DNA of 64,000 nt from Brevundimonas sp. Lineage in GTDB: Bacteria > Pseudomonadota > Alphaproteobacteria > Caulobacterales > Caulobacteraceae. The DNA lies in NCBI RefSeq assembly GCF_036963785.1, contig NZ_JBALUS010000008.1:5447-69446 (forward strand). Direction: 5' to 3'. Position 1 is the first letter of the stretch. Every line of letters starts with the position of its first letter. Under the pieces are notes generated by a model. It was not told where the DNA came from and did no database searches. It saw nothing but the letters and a program-made list of their open reading frames with translations. The translations under genes and the position numbers were made by a program. Below are positions 9,703 through 18,826 of this stretch, in pieces.

Positions 9703-9854
9703 GGTCGTCTCCGTTGCTGCGTGTGAGGTAGCGCGAAACGGGTCGCGGCGCGACCGCGGGGCGTAACTTCGTGTTTCGCGCAAAGAACCGCCCTTAACCC
9801 GACGCGCTTTCGTGGGCACAAGGGGGAAATCCCCTCCGTTCGCATGGATATTCG

Positions 9855-11291
9855 ATGAAGAGAGCCCGACACGCCCGGATCGTCGCGACCCTGGGACCGG
9901 CCAGCCGGTCGCCCGGCATGGTCAAGACCCTGGCCCAGGCCGGGGTCGATGTGTTCCGCCTGAACTTCAGCCACGGCTCGCACGACGACCATGCGGCGGC
10001 GCTGAAGGCGGTGCGCGGGGCCGAGATGGCGCTGAAACGGCCGCTGGGCGTGCTGGCGGACCTTCAGGGGCCCAAGTTGCGGCTGGGCCGGTTCCGGGAC
10101 GTCGAGATCGACATCAAGCCGGGTCACAAGATGCGCTTCGACCTGGACCCCGAGCCCGGCGACGAGACGCGGGTGCAGATGCCGCATCCGGAGATTTTCA
10201 AGGCCCTGCGCGAGGGCATGCTGCTGCTGCTGGACGACGGCCGGGTGCGGCTGCGCGTCGGCAAGCGGTCGGACGACTGGGCCGATGTGACGGTCGAGAG
10301 CGGCTCGAAACTGTCGGACCGCAAGGGCGTGGCCGTGCCGGAAGCGGTCATCCCCGTGTCGGCCCTGACGCCCAAGGACCGCGAGGACCTGGCCTTTGCG
10401 CTGCGGATCGGGGTGGACTGGGTGGCGCTGAGCTTTGTGCAGAAGGCCGAGGACATGGCCGAGCTGAAGCGGCTGGTGAACGGCAAGGCGGCCTGTCTGG
10501 CCAAGATCGAAAAGCCCCAGGCGCTGAACGAGTTGGAGGCCATCCTCGACTATTCCGACGGGGTGATGGTGGCGCGCGGGGACCTCGGCGTCGAGCTGGA
10601 CCCGGAAGAGGTGCCGGTCGCGCAAAAGGCCATCATCCGCGCCGCCCGCCATCGCGGCGTGCCGGTGATCGTGGCGACCCAGATGCTGGAATCGATGACG
10701 GGCGCCCCCGCCCCGACCCGGGCCGAGGCCACCGATGTCGCCAATGCCGTCTATGAGGGGGCCGATGCCCTGATGCTGTCGGCCGAGACGGCCTCGGGCG
10801 ACTATCCGGTCGAGGCGGTGACCATGATGAACCGCATCATGGAGCGGGTGGAGCGCGATCCGGTCTGGCCCAGCCTGATGGACGCCGAACATGCGGGCAT
10901 GGACGACATTGATGCCGATGCCCTGGTGGCCGCGGCGCGCAAGGCGGGCGAGGCGCAGTCGACCGCCTGTATCGTCGTGTTCACGACCCTGGGCGGCACC
11001 GCCCGGCGGATGGCGCGCGAGCGGCCCCTGCATACGGTGCTGGCCCTGACGCCCAATCCGGACACGGCCCGGCGGCTGGCGCTGGTCTGGGGGCTGGAGC
11101 CGCGGCTGGGCCGCCAGCCGGACTCGCTGGAACAGGTCACGGACGACGCCGTGAATGGCGCCATGGACTATGGTCTGGCCCAGCCGGGGCAGAGGATCCT
11201 GATCCTGGCCGGGACGCCCTTTGGCGCGCCGGGGGCTGCGAATCTGTTGCGACTGGCGCATGCTCCGTCGAAGATGAAACGGCGGAAGTGA
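9855..11291 (+). CDS. pyk: Pyruvate kinase
   Basis: IVATLGPAS; RLNFSHG; DLQGPKLR; MVARGDLG; ATQMLESM. Confidence 0.98.
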   Translation: MKRARHARIVATLGPASRSPGMVKTLAQAGVDVFRLNFSHGSHDDHAAALKAVRGAEMALKRPLGVLADLQGPKLRLGRFRDVEIDIKPGHKMRFDLDPEPGDETRVQMPHPEIFKALREGMLLLLDDGRVRLRVGKRSDDWADVTVESGSKLSDRKGVAVPEAVIPVSALTPKDREDLAFALRIGVDWVALSFVQKAEDMAELKRLVNGKAACLAKIEKPQALNELEAILDYSDGVMVARGDLGVELDPEEVPVAQKAIIRAARHRGVPVIVATQMLESMTGAPAPTRAEATDVANAVYEGADALMLSAETASGDYPVEAVTMMNRIMERVERDPVWPSLMDAEHAGMDDIDADALVAAARKAGEAQSTACIVVFTTLGGTARRMARERPLHTVLALTPNPDTARRLALVWGLEPRLGRQPDSLEQVTDDAVNGAMDYGLAQPGQRILILAGTPFGAPGAANLLRLAHAPSKMKRRK

Positions 11292-11429
11292 TCCTCCCCT
11301 GTGTAGCGTAGCGAAACGGGGGAGGGGGACCGCGCGCAGCGGGGTGGAGGGGGCGGACCCTGACACCGGTGCCTGTTGTCGCCCCCTCCACCACTCCGTG
11401 GTCCCCCTCCCCCGCGGGCGGGGGAGGAG
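11292..11429. repeat. REP/CIR-like palindromic intergenic element (CCTCCCC...GGGGAGG family)
   Basis: Nested inverted repeats GGTGGAGGGGGC/GCCCCCTCCACC with terminal CCTCCCCCGC/GCGGGGGAGG hairpins; related copy at 50724. Confidence 0.85.
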
Positions 11430-11437
11430 ATGAGTGC

Positions 11438-12475
11438 ATGATCAAATATATCGGCTCGAAGCGGGCTTTGCTGGGGCAGGTGACCTCGGCGATCGGCGCG
11501 CTGGCGGGGCCGGGGACGACCGTGTGCGATCTGTTTTCCGGGTCGGCGCGGGTGGGGCATGCGCTGAAGCGGGCGGGCTACCGCGTCTGGTCAAATGACC
11601 ACAATGCCTATGCCCATGTACTGGCCACCGCCTACGTGCAGGCGGACCGCGAGCGCTGGCTGGACCGGGCCGAGGCGGTGCTGGCCGAGCTGCGGACGCT
11701 GAAGCCGGAAGCGGGCTGGTTCACCCGGGCCTTCTGCGAGGATGCCCGCTATTTCCATCCGGACAACGGCGCGCGGATCGATGCCATGCGCGCGCGGATC
11801 GAGGCGCTGGATCTGGAGCCCGAACTGAAGGCCATCGTGCTGGTCAGCCTGATGGAGGCGGCCGACCGGGTCGATTCCACGGCGGGGGTGCAGATGGCCT
11901 ATATGAAGCGATGGGCCCCGCGCGCGCTCAAGCCCCTCGAACTGCGGATGCCCGATGTCCTGCCCTCGGTGGGGGGGCCGTGCCGGGCGACGCAGGCCGA
12001 TGCCGTCGAGATCGCGCCGGAGATCGAGGCCGATCTGGTCTATCTGGACCCGCCCTACAACCAGCATTCCTATCTGGGGAACTACCACTGCTGGGAGAGT
12101 CTGGTGCTGTGGGACAAGCCCGAGACCTATGGCATCGCCAACAAGCGGATCGATGTGAAGACGCGCAAAAGCGCCTTCAACAGCCGGCCGGGGATCGGGC
12201 CGGCGCTGGCGGCGGTGATCGAGGGGCTGAAGGCACCCAACCTGGTCGTGTCCTTCAACGACGAGGGCTATCTGGACCGGGAAGCTCTCACCGGGATGCT
12301 TTCGGGGCGCGGGCATGTGCAGGTGATCGAGATCGCCCACCCCCGCTATGTCGGCGCGCGCATCGGCATCCATAACCCGAAGGGCGAAAAGGTTGGCCAG
12401 ATCGGGCGGCTGAGGAACGTCGAGTATCTGTACGTCGTGACGCCCGAGCCGGTGGCCCTGCCGCACGCAGCTTGA
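11438..12475 (+). CDS. Orphan DNA adenine methyltransferase (D12/Dam-like)
   Basis: KYIGSKR, DLFSGS (SAM-binding motif), YLDPPY (catalytic motif). Confidence 0.9.
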   Translation: MIKYIGSKRALLGQVTSAIGALAGPGTTVCDLFSGSARVGHALKRAGYRVWSNDHNAYAHVLATAYVQADRERWLDRAEAVLAELRTLKPEAGWFTRAFCEDARYFHPDNGARIDAMRARIEALDLEPELKAIVLVSLMEAADRVDSTAGVQMAYMKRWAPRALKPLELRMPDVLPSVGGPCRATQADAVEIAPEIEADLVYLDPPYNQHSYLGNYHCWESLVLWDKPETYGIANKRIDVKTRKSAFNSRPGIGPALAAVIEGLKAPNLVVSFNDEGYLDREALTGMLSGRGHVQVIEIAHPRYVGARIGIHNPKGEKVGQIGRLRNVEYLYVVTPEPVALPHAA

Positions 12476-12505
12476 TCTGCGGGAACCGTCGGAGTTTGAT
12501 GCCGT

Positions 12506-12787
12506 TTGATCGCCATGGACGCGATCAGAGACATTCAGGCGGGCGAGATGGGCAGCGAGGCCAGATTTGCGGGCCGGGGTCTGGTCCGGTCAGAACGGGC
12601 GGTCGACGCCTTTCAGACCGTCGCCTGGCGTGCGCCCGAACCGCGCCGGGACCGGTTCACGGCAGCCAACGTCTCGGACCCTGCAGAGGCCGAGAGCGAA
12701 GAGATCCCGCACTGGATGATCCTGGTCGGCGGGGCATTGCTGGCGGCGTTGATGGGCGCCCTGATGGGCGGAGCCATGGCGCTCTAA
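12506..12787 (+). CDS. Small membrane-anchored hypothetical protein
   Basis: C-terminal TM segment PHWMILVGGALLAALMGALMGGAMAL; start uncertain. Confidence 0.65.
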   Translation: MIAMDAIRDIQAGEMGSEARFAGRGLVRSERAVDAFQTVAWRAPEPRRDRFTAANVSDPAEAESEEIPHWMILVGGALLAALMGALMGGAMAL

Positions 12788-12870
12788 GCTGGGCGCCCGA
12801 TCAGATCGGACGTTGTTTCGCGGCAGTGTTGCGCGATAGGTGCCATCTGAGATTTTGCCAGCCAGCGCTG

Positions 12871-12900
12871 TTGACCGATTTTTTCCCCCGCTGCTAGGGT
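12871..12900 (+). promoter_or_regulatory. Putative sigma-70 promoter of the peptide genes
   Basis: TTGACC-N16-GCTAGGGT, resembling the Caulobacter housekeeping consensus. Confidence 0.5.
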
Positions 12901-12931
12901 TCGGCAAGATCAACCTTAGCAGGAGCACGGC

Positions 12932-13069
12932 ATGTCCGAGAGCAAAGCCGAGACCCTTGATCCCAACGCCAAGATGGAATGGGAAGCACCCACACTTCAG
13001 CGTCTCGACGTTGAATGCGCTGAGAACTCCATCGGCATCAATGTCGATGGCTTTGATATCAGCAGCTAG
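12932..13069 (+). CDS. RiPP (lasso-like) precursor peptide 1, 45 aa
   Basis: AGGAG SD at 12921; MSESKAETLDPNAKMEWEAPTLQRLDVECAENSIGINVDGFDISS (absent from the ORF track). Confidence 0.75.
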   Translation: MSESKAETLDPNAKMEWEAPTLQRLDVECAENSIGINVDGFDISS

Positions 13070-13218
13070 GCAGACGCTCTGGCACAGAGCCGAAGCTGGG
13101 TGACAAGCATCCGCCATTGGATAACCTGGCCGGTGGCGAACTGAATGCGTGCTTGCCAAACCGACGACGGGTTCATACCTTCGCCGAAGCCAACACTGGC
13201 ACAGCCGAGAGCCATCAG

Positions 13219-13350
13219 ATGACTGAAGTTACGACCTTGGATCGGGAAGAAAATCTTCCGGAATGGACCGCTCCGGAACTTCAGCGTCTGGATGTCGACA
13301 GTGCAGAGGGTAATGCGGCCGCCTCGTTCGATGGTTCCGGATTTAGCTGA
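13219..13350 (+). CDS. RiPP (lasso-like) precursor peptide 2, 43 aa
   Basis: MTEVTTLDREENLPEWTAPELQRLDVDSAEGNAAASFDGSGFS; paralog of peptide 1. Confidence 0.75.
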   Translation: MTEVTTLDREENLPEWTAPELQRLDVDSAEGNAAASFDGSGFS

Positions 13351-13389
13351 TACGTCCCAAGCTTTGAAAGCTGTCCTCGTGTTGAGGAT

Positions 13390-14046
13390 TCACTTGACCA
13401 ACGATGGCATGCCCATCCTGCGGTGTTCCGTGCCGCCGGACTGCAGAAGGTAGCGGATCGGCGCGAACGAGCGCCGGTGCTGGGCGCAGGGGCCGAGGCG
13501 GTCCAGCGCCTGACGGTGTAGCGGCACGCCATATCCCTTGTGCCGGGCAAAGCCGTAGCCGGGGTGTTCGTCTTCCAGTTCGTGCATCAGCCGGTCGCGA
13601 GCCGTCTTGGCGAGGATCGAGGCCGCGGCGATCGAAGCGGATTTCGCATCGCCCTTGATGACCGCGACCGAGCGGCAGCCCACATCCAGCGCATGATTGC
13701 CGTCGATCAGGGCGAGAGCGGCACAGTGCGCCAGACCCTGTACCGCGCGACGCATGGCCAATTCGGTGGCGCGCAGGATGTTCAGGCGGTCGATCTCCTC
13801 GACCGTGGCAAAGGCGACTGACCAGCATACGGCCTGCGCCTTGATGTCGGCCTCGGCCTCATGGCGGGCGATCTCTGACAGAACCTTGGAGTCGTTCAGG
13901 CCGTCGGGCAGATGGTCGGGATCGAGGATGACGGCAGCGGCGCTGACCGGCCCGGCCCAGGGGCCACGACCGGCCTCGTCCACGCCGCAAACGAGGCCGT
14001 GGGCGGCCCATTCCCGTTCCAGCGTCAGATCGGGGCGGGGAAGCAT
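13390..14046 (-). CDS. rnhB: Ribonuclease HII
   Basis: GVDEAGRGPWAGPV; DSKVL; IKGDAKSASIAAASILAK; HKGYG. Confidence 0.97.
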   Translation of the reverse strand: MLPRPDLTLEREWAAHGLVCGVDEAGRGPWAGPVSAAAVILDPDHLPDGLNDSKVLSEIARHEAEADIKAQAVCWSVAFATVEEIDRLNILRATELAMRRAVQGLAHCAALALIDGNHALDVGCRSVAVIKGDAKSASIAAASILAKTARDRLMHELEDEHPGYGFARHKGYGVPLHRQALDRLGPCAQHRRSFAPIRYLLQSGGTEHRRMGMPSLVK

Positions 14047-14645
14047 CAGCCCTGACCTGACGACAGGGGGGCATGGCGATGGCAGGTCGCGACGTGATCA
14101 TTGACCATGCCGGTCGCCTGCATGAAGGCATAGACGATCACCGGACCACAGAATTTGAAGCCCTCGGCCTTGAGGGCCTTGGCCATGGCGACCGACTGCG
14201 GGGTCTGGGCGGGGACCTGGGCCATCGAGTGCCAATGGTTCTGGATGGGCTGCCCATCAACGAACGACCACAGCCAGTCCGACATGTCGCGGCCCTGCTC
14301 CTGGAGGTCCAGCCAGCGTCGGGCCCCGGAGATGGTGGCGTCGATCTTGGCGGCCGAGCGGACGATGCCGGCGTCGTTCAGCAGGCGCTGGCGGTCGGCT
14401 TCGTCATAGCGGGCGACCCTTTCCGGATCGAAATCGTCAAAGGCCGCGCGGAAGGCCTCGCGCTTCTTCAGGATGGTGATCCACGACAGGCCGGCCTGGA
14501 ACCCGTCCAGCACCAGCTTTTCCCACAGCGCGCGGGCGTCATGCTCTGGCACGCCCCATTCCTGGTCGTGATAGGCGACATAGAGGGGATCGGTGCCGCA
14601 CCAGCCACAGCGGCCGGTCGTGTCGGGCACGGGCGAGTCGGTCAT
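14046..14645 (-). CDS. tag: DNA-3-methyladenine glycosylase I
   Basis: RCGWC...YHDQEWGVP; FQAGLSWITILKKRE; GFKFCGP; VNDH. Confidence 0.95.
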   Translation of the reverse strand: MTDSPVPDTTGRCGWCGTDPLYVAYHDQEWGVPEHDARALWEKLVLDGFQAGLSWITILKKREAFRAAFDDFDPERVARYDEADRQRLLNDAGIVRSAAKIDATISGARRWLDLQEQGRDMSDWLWSFVDGQPIQNHWHSMAQVPAQTPQSVAMAKALKAEGFKFCGPVIVYAFMQATGMVNDHVATCHRHAPLSSGQG

Positions 14646-14732
14646 GGGTTCAGAATCGCCGGGCTGGTCGCCAGACGCAAGAGTCATGTCCCGTCAGACG
14701 CCGGGCCGGGTGCGATCTGGCAAGGGGGAACG

Positions 14733-15191
14733 GTGACCCGCTTGCCGTTCCTGATTGCGCTGATCGCTCTCGGCCTTGCCGCCGCGTTTGCGGGCGAGGC
14801 GCGGGCGCAGGACAGCAAGGCCTTTGTGCATCCGCCGGGCGTGGTCGGGGAACTGGGCCAGACCGATCCCGACGCCCTGATCGCCTCACAGCTGTGGCTG
14901 GCCGAGCTGTACGAGCGCGAGGGGCTGATCGATGCGGCCATCCAGACCTATGAGGCGGCGCTGCTGTCGATCCTGCAGTTTCGGGGGCAGGGGCATGTTT
15001 CCATGGCCGAGCCCATGGTGCGGGTGGCGCGCCTCACCGAGGATCCGGAGACGCGGGTGCGGTGGCTGGAATCCGCCCTGCGCATCCGCGAGGTCACCTG
15101 GGCGGCAGGAGACGGTCGCCTGACCGCGCTGCGGATGGAGCTGGCGTGGGCGGAGCAGGTGTCAGAAGTTCGCCGCCGCCCTCAGACCTGA
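14733..15191 (+). CDS. Secreted TPR-like hypothetical protein
   Basis: GTG start, signal peptide, helical repeats LAELYEREG...AIQTYEAAL. Confidence 0.6.
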   Translation: MTRLPFLIALIALGLAAAFAGEARAQDSKAFVHPPGVVGELGQTDPDALIASQLWLAELYEREGLIDAAIQTYEAALLSILQFRGQGHVSMAEPMVRVARLTEDPETRVRWLESALRIREVTWAAGDGRLTALRMELAWAEQVSEVRRRPQT

Positions 15192-15354
15192 TCCGAGGCG
15201 GGCGGGTCATTCCGGGGGCCGATCCTCTGGCCCAGTCAGAGCATGACGAGTCGACGCATCCGGTCCGGCTCAGGCCGCCGGCGGCGGTCAAGGGGGTGGA
15301 CAAGTACCCTCGGACGCGAAAAAACGATGGCTTCCATCAACGGAGGACATAACC

Positions 15355-15582
15355 ATGCGTATTGCCCTGATTACCGTCGCCGCCGCCGCTCTGGCCCTTG
15401 CCGCCTGCTCGCAGGAGACCGGTGACAATGCCGCCGAAACCGCAGACGCCGCCGGCGACGCCGTAGCCTCGGCCGCCGAAGACACTGCCGAGAACGCTGA
15501 CGCCGTGGCCGACAACACCGCTGCCGCCACCAATGAAGCGGCCGAGGACGTCGACGCCGCCGTCGAGACGCCCGCCGAGTAA
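15355..15582 (+). CDS. Small acidic Ala-rich lipoprotein
   Basis: GGAGG SD; lipobox LAAC; followed by a terminator. Confidence 0.8.
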   Translation: MRIALITVAAAALALAACSQETGDNAAETADAAGDAVASAAEDTAENADAVADNTAAATNEAAEDVDAAVETPAE

Positions 15583-15604
15583 TCGATCCTCGATCGATAA
15601 GGAG

Positions 15605-15636
15605 ACGCGCCCGGAGTTCGCTTCGGGCGCGTTTTT
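15605..15636 (+). terminator. Rho-independent terminator
   Basis: ACGCGCCCGGA/TTCGGGCGCGT stem followed by a T tract. Confidence 0.75.
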
Positions 15637-15640
15637 CGTT

Positions 15641-16432
15641 TCAGAGGCCCGTCCAGTCCGGCCGTCGGACCGTTACCGGCTTCGCCTCGACGGTCAGGTC
15701 CCCGTCAAGCCGGTCCAGACGGAGGAGGGCCATGACGCGGTGGCCCTGACCCGACAGGGTCTGGCCGGACCGGCGCTCACCGTTCAGGACTTCGCTGCCG
15801 AACGGGGGCAGGTCGCCCTCGACCTCCAGCGGCAGCATGCGATTGCGGATGGCGCCGCGCCGCTTCATTCGCGAAGTCGTCTCCTGACCGATGAAACAGC
15901 CCTTGGAGAAGTCGATGCCGTTCAGCAGGTCAAAGTTGGCCTCGATCGGATAGGTGGTGTCCTGACCGCCATCGCGGGCGGGGTCGGGGACGCCGAGCGT
16001 CAGACGGTGGTCGTGCCAGTCCGCGGCCTCGTCCGTCGGGGGGAGGGCCTCGCCGTAGTGCCGGTGACCGAGGGCGGCAAGGCGCGGGTCGGGGGTGCCG
16101 GGCGCGTCGGACGCGGCAGGCCACAGGACCTGGACCGTGCCGTCGACGGGCGTGATCGTGACCTGGGCGCGCAGGCGGTAGAGGCTGAGCCGCTGGATCA
16201 GGGCGTCCCGCCGGTCCGCATCGACATCCAGAAGGACCCCGTCGTCCTCGCCGAACAGGAACAGGTCGAACAGCAGACGCCCAGGCGGGGACAGCAGGGC
16301 GCCGAAGCGCAGCGCGCCCGGCTGGAGGGTCAGGACCTCCTGCGTCAGCAGGCCGTTGAGGAAGGCCCACGCATCCGGGCCGCTGACCCGGACGAGGGCG
16401 CGATCAGGGAGGGAGGCAATGCGGGCGGACAT
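15641..16432 (-). CDS. ygfZ: YgfZ/GcvT-like folate-binding Fe-S repair protein
   Basis: DFSKGCFIGQE signature. Confidence 0.92.
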   Translation of the reverse strand: MSARIASLPDRALVRVSGPDAWAFLNGLLTQEVLTLQPGALRFGALLSPPGRLLFDLFLFGEDDGVLLDVDADRRDALIQRLSLYRLRAQVTITPVDGTVQVLWPAASDAPGTPDPRLAALGHRHYGEALPPTDEAADWHDHRLTLGVPDPARDGGQDTTYPIEANFDLLNGIDFSKGCFIGQETTSRMKRRGAIRNRMLPLEVEGDLPPFGSEVLNGERRSGQTLSGQGHRVMALLRLDRLDGDLTVEAKPVTVRRPDWTGL

Positions 16433-16515
16433 GGTCCACAGATAGGGCGGCCATGGCGGCTTGGCGAGGGGGCGATGCCGCTGCCTGCCTGCGAGAATCC
16501 GTATACGGTAGGGTT

Positions 16516-17472
16516 ATGCCCTCGGCCTTTCCCGTCCTCTACATCGCTGAAGCCGACCCGGAGATGGCGGTGATGGGCTCGGGCGTGCTCGATCATCTGG
16601 CCGAAGCCCTGCCGCAGGCGCGTTTCACCGTGGTGGGATCGCCCGCCAGTGCGCCGCTGTTCGCCGGTGTGCCGCGGCTGGACCGGCTGGTGACATTGAA
16701 GGGCGAGGGACTGGCCGAGCTGACCGGTCTGTGGAACCAGGTGCGGGGCACGCACTGGGGCCTGGTCGTCGACATGCGCGGCACGAAATTGTCGGGCTGG
16801 CTGAGACGACAGAAGCGGGCGGTGCGTGGCGAGATGCCGGACGGTCTGCATGCCGTCGAGGCGGCCGCGCGGGTGCTGCAGCTGGACGAGGTGCCGACGC
16901 CGCGCCTGCACCCGACGCCCGACGACATCGAGGCCGCCGAGGCGCTGCTGGGGCCGGGCGAGGGGCCGCTGCTGGCCATCGGACCCGGCGCGGACTGGAT
17001 CGGGCGTCTGTGGCCGGCGGAACGCTATGCCAAGGTGGCCCAGGCCCTGCTGGGCGAGGGCGGGCCGCTGGCGGGCGGGCGGTTGCTGATTGTCGGCGGG
17101 CCGGGCGACCGGGATGCGGCCCACACCATCCGGCTGGTGGTGCGGCGCGAGCGGGTGATCGAGGCACAGGGCAAGCTGTCGCCGCTGGCCACGGTGGCAG
17201 CCCTGCAGCGGGCGGACTTCTATCTGGGCGGGGATTCGCTGTGGACCCAGCTGGCGGTGGCGGCGGCCGTGCCGGTGACGGCCCTGTTCGGCCCGTCGGA
17301 CGAGTCGCTGCGCGGCCCGTGGGGCGGACAGACCCTGAGGGGGCCGCGCAGCTTTGAGGAATTCCGTGTCATGGACCCCCGTTTCGACCAGGCGCTCCAG
17401 CATATGATGGACCTTCCGGCCGAGAGGGTGTTGAAAGCCTGCATGCGGCGCCTGACGACCGACGCCGCCTGA
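16516..17472 (+). CDS. Glycosyltransferase family 9 (heptosyltransferase-like)
   Basis: LAIGPGA...WPAERY; GGDS...LAVAAAVPVTALFGPS. Confidence 0.85.
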   Translation: MPSAFPVLYIAEADPEMAVMGSGVLDHLAEALPQARFTVVGSPASAPLFAGVPRLDRLVTLKGEGLAELTGLWNQVRGTHWGLVVDMRGTKLSGWLRRQKRAVRGEMPDGLHAVEAAARVLQLDEVPTPRLHPTPDDIEAAEALLGPGEGPLLAIGPGADWIGRLWPAERYAKVAQALLGEGGPLAGGRLLIVGGPGDRDAAHTIRLVVRRERVIEAQGKLSPLATVAALQRADFYLGGDSLWTQLAVAAAVPVTALFGPSDESLRGPWGGQTLRGPRSFEEFRVMDPRFDQALQHMMDLPAERVLKACMRRLTTDAA

Positions 17473-17494
17473 TCTGACCGGCAGGAGTATCGCC

Positions 17495-18826
17495 ATGGGC
17501 AACAGCTATGACCTGATCGTGCGCGGCGGCGAGGTCGCCAATCATGCGGGACGCGGGCCTGCCGATGTCGGTATCCGCGACGGCCGGATCGCCTTCATCG
17601 GGGACCTGTCGCAGGCCTCGGCCGGAGAGGTGGTCGACGCCGCAGGGCTGACCGTCCTGCCCGGCGTGATCGACACCCAGGTCCACTTCCGCGAGCCCGG
17701 TCTGGAATGGAAGGAAGACCTCGAGACCGGCAGTCGGGCGGCGGCGCTGGGCGGGGTGACCGCCGTCTTCGAAATGCCGAACACCGAGCCGACCACCACC
17801 GATGCTGATGCCATGGCGGACAAGCTGGCGCGGGCCCGGGACCGGATGTGGACGGACCACGCCTTCTACATCGGTGGCACGCACGAGAATGCGGCCTATC
17901 TGGATGAGCTGGAACGGTTGCCCGGGTGCTGCGGGGTCAAGGTCTTCATGGGCGCCTCGACCGGGACCCTGCTGGTCGCCGACGACGACGGGGTGCGCGA
18001 TATCCTCAAGCGGGTGAACCGCCGGGCGACGTTCCACTCCGAGGACGAGTACCGGCTGGCCGAGCGGCGCAGTCTGGCGCGGACCGGCGACTGGACCAGC
18101 CACCCGGAGGTCCGCGATGTCGAAAGCGCGATCCTCAGCACGCGGCGGCTGGTGGGACTGGCGCGGGAATGCGGGGCGCGCATCCATGTGCTGCATGTGA
18201 CCACCGCCGAGGAGATCGAATTCCTGGCGGGGGCCAAGGATGTGGCGACCGTCGAGGTCACGCCCCAGCATCTGACGCTGGACGGCGATGAGGCTTACGA
18301 GCGGCTCAAGGCGCTGGCCCAGATGAACCCGCCGATCCGCAACCGGCCGCACATCGAAGGCCTGTGGCGCGGCATCGCCCAGGGGGTCGTGGATGTGCTG
18401 GGCTCGGACCACGCCCCGCATACGCTGGAAGAAAAGGCCCGGCCCTATCCGGCGTCACCGTCGGGCATGCCGGGGGTGCAGACCCTGGTGCCGGTCATGC
18501 TGGACCATGTGGCGAAGGGGCGAATGACGCTGGAGCGGTTCATCGACCTGACCTCGGCCGGAGCGCAGCGCATCTTCAACATCGCCGGCAAGGGCCGCAT
18601 GGCCGAGGGCTATGACGCCGACCTGACGCTGGTCGACCTGAAGGCGAAGACCGTGCTGAAGCACGCCGACATGGCCACGCGCTCGGGCTGGACCCCGTTC
18701 GACGGCATGGAGGTCCAGGGCCTGCCGATGGCGACGATCGTGCGCGGCCGGGTGGTCATGCGCGACGGCGAGCTGCAGGGCAGCGCCCACGGCCGTCCGG
18801 TGCGCTTCCAGGAAACGCTGAGCTAG
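17495..18826 (+). CDS. pyrC: Dihydroorotase
   Basis: DTQVHFREPG; EMPNT; MNPPIR; GSDHAPH. Confidence 0.9.
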   Translation: MGNSYDLIVRGGEVANHAGRGPADVGIRDGRIAFIGDLSQASAGEVVDAAGLTVLPGVIDTQVHFREPGLEWKEDLETGSRAAALGGVTAVFEMPNTEPTTTDADAMADKLARARDRMWTDHAFYIGGTHENAAYLDELERLPGCCGVKVFMGASTGTLLVADDDGVRDILKRVNRRATFHSEDEYRLAERRSLARTGDWTSHPEVRDVESAILSTRRLVGLARECGARIHVLHVTTAEEIEFLAGAKDVATVEVTPQHLTLDGDEAYERLKALAQMNPPIRNRPHIEGLWRGIAQGVVDVLGSDHAPHTLEEKARPYPASPSGMPGVQTLVPVMLDHVAKGRMTLERFIDLTSAGAQRIFNIAGKGRMAEGYDADLTLVDLKAKTVLKHADMATRSGWTPFDGMEVQGLPMATIVRGRVVMRDGELQGSAHGRPVRFQETLS

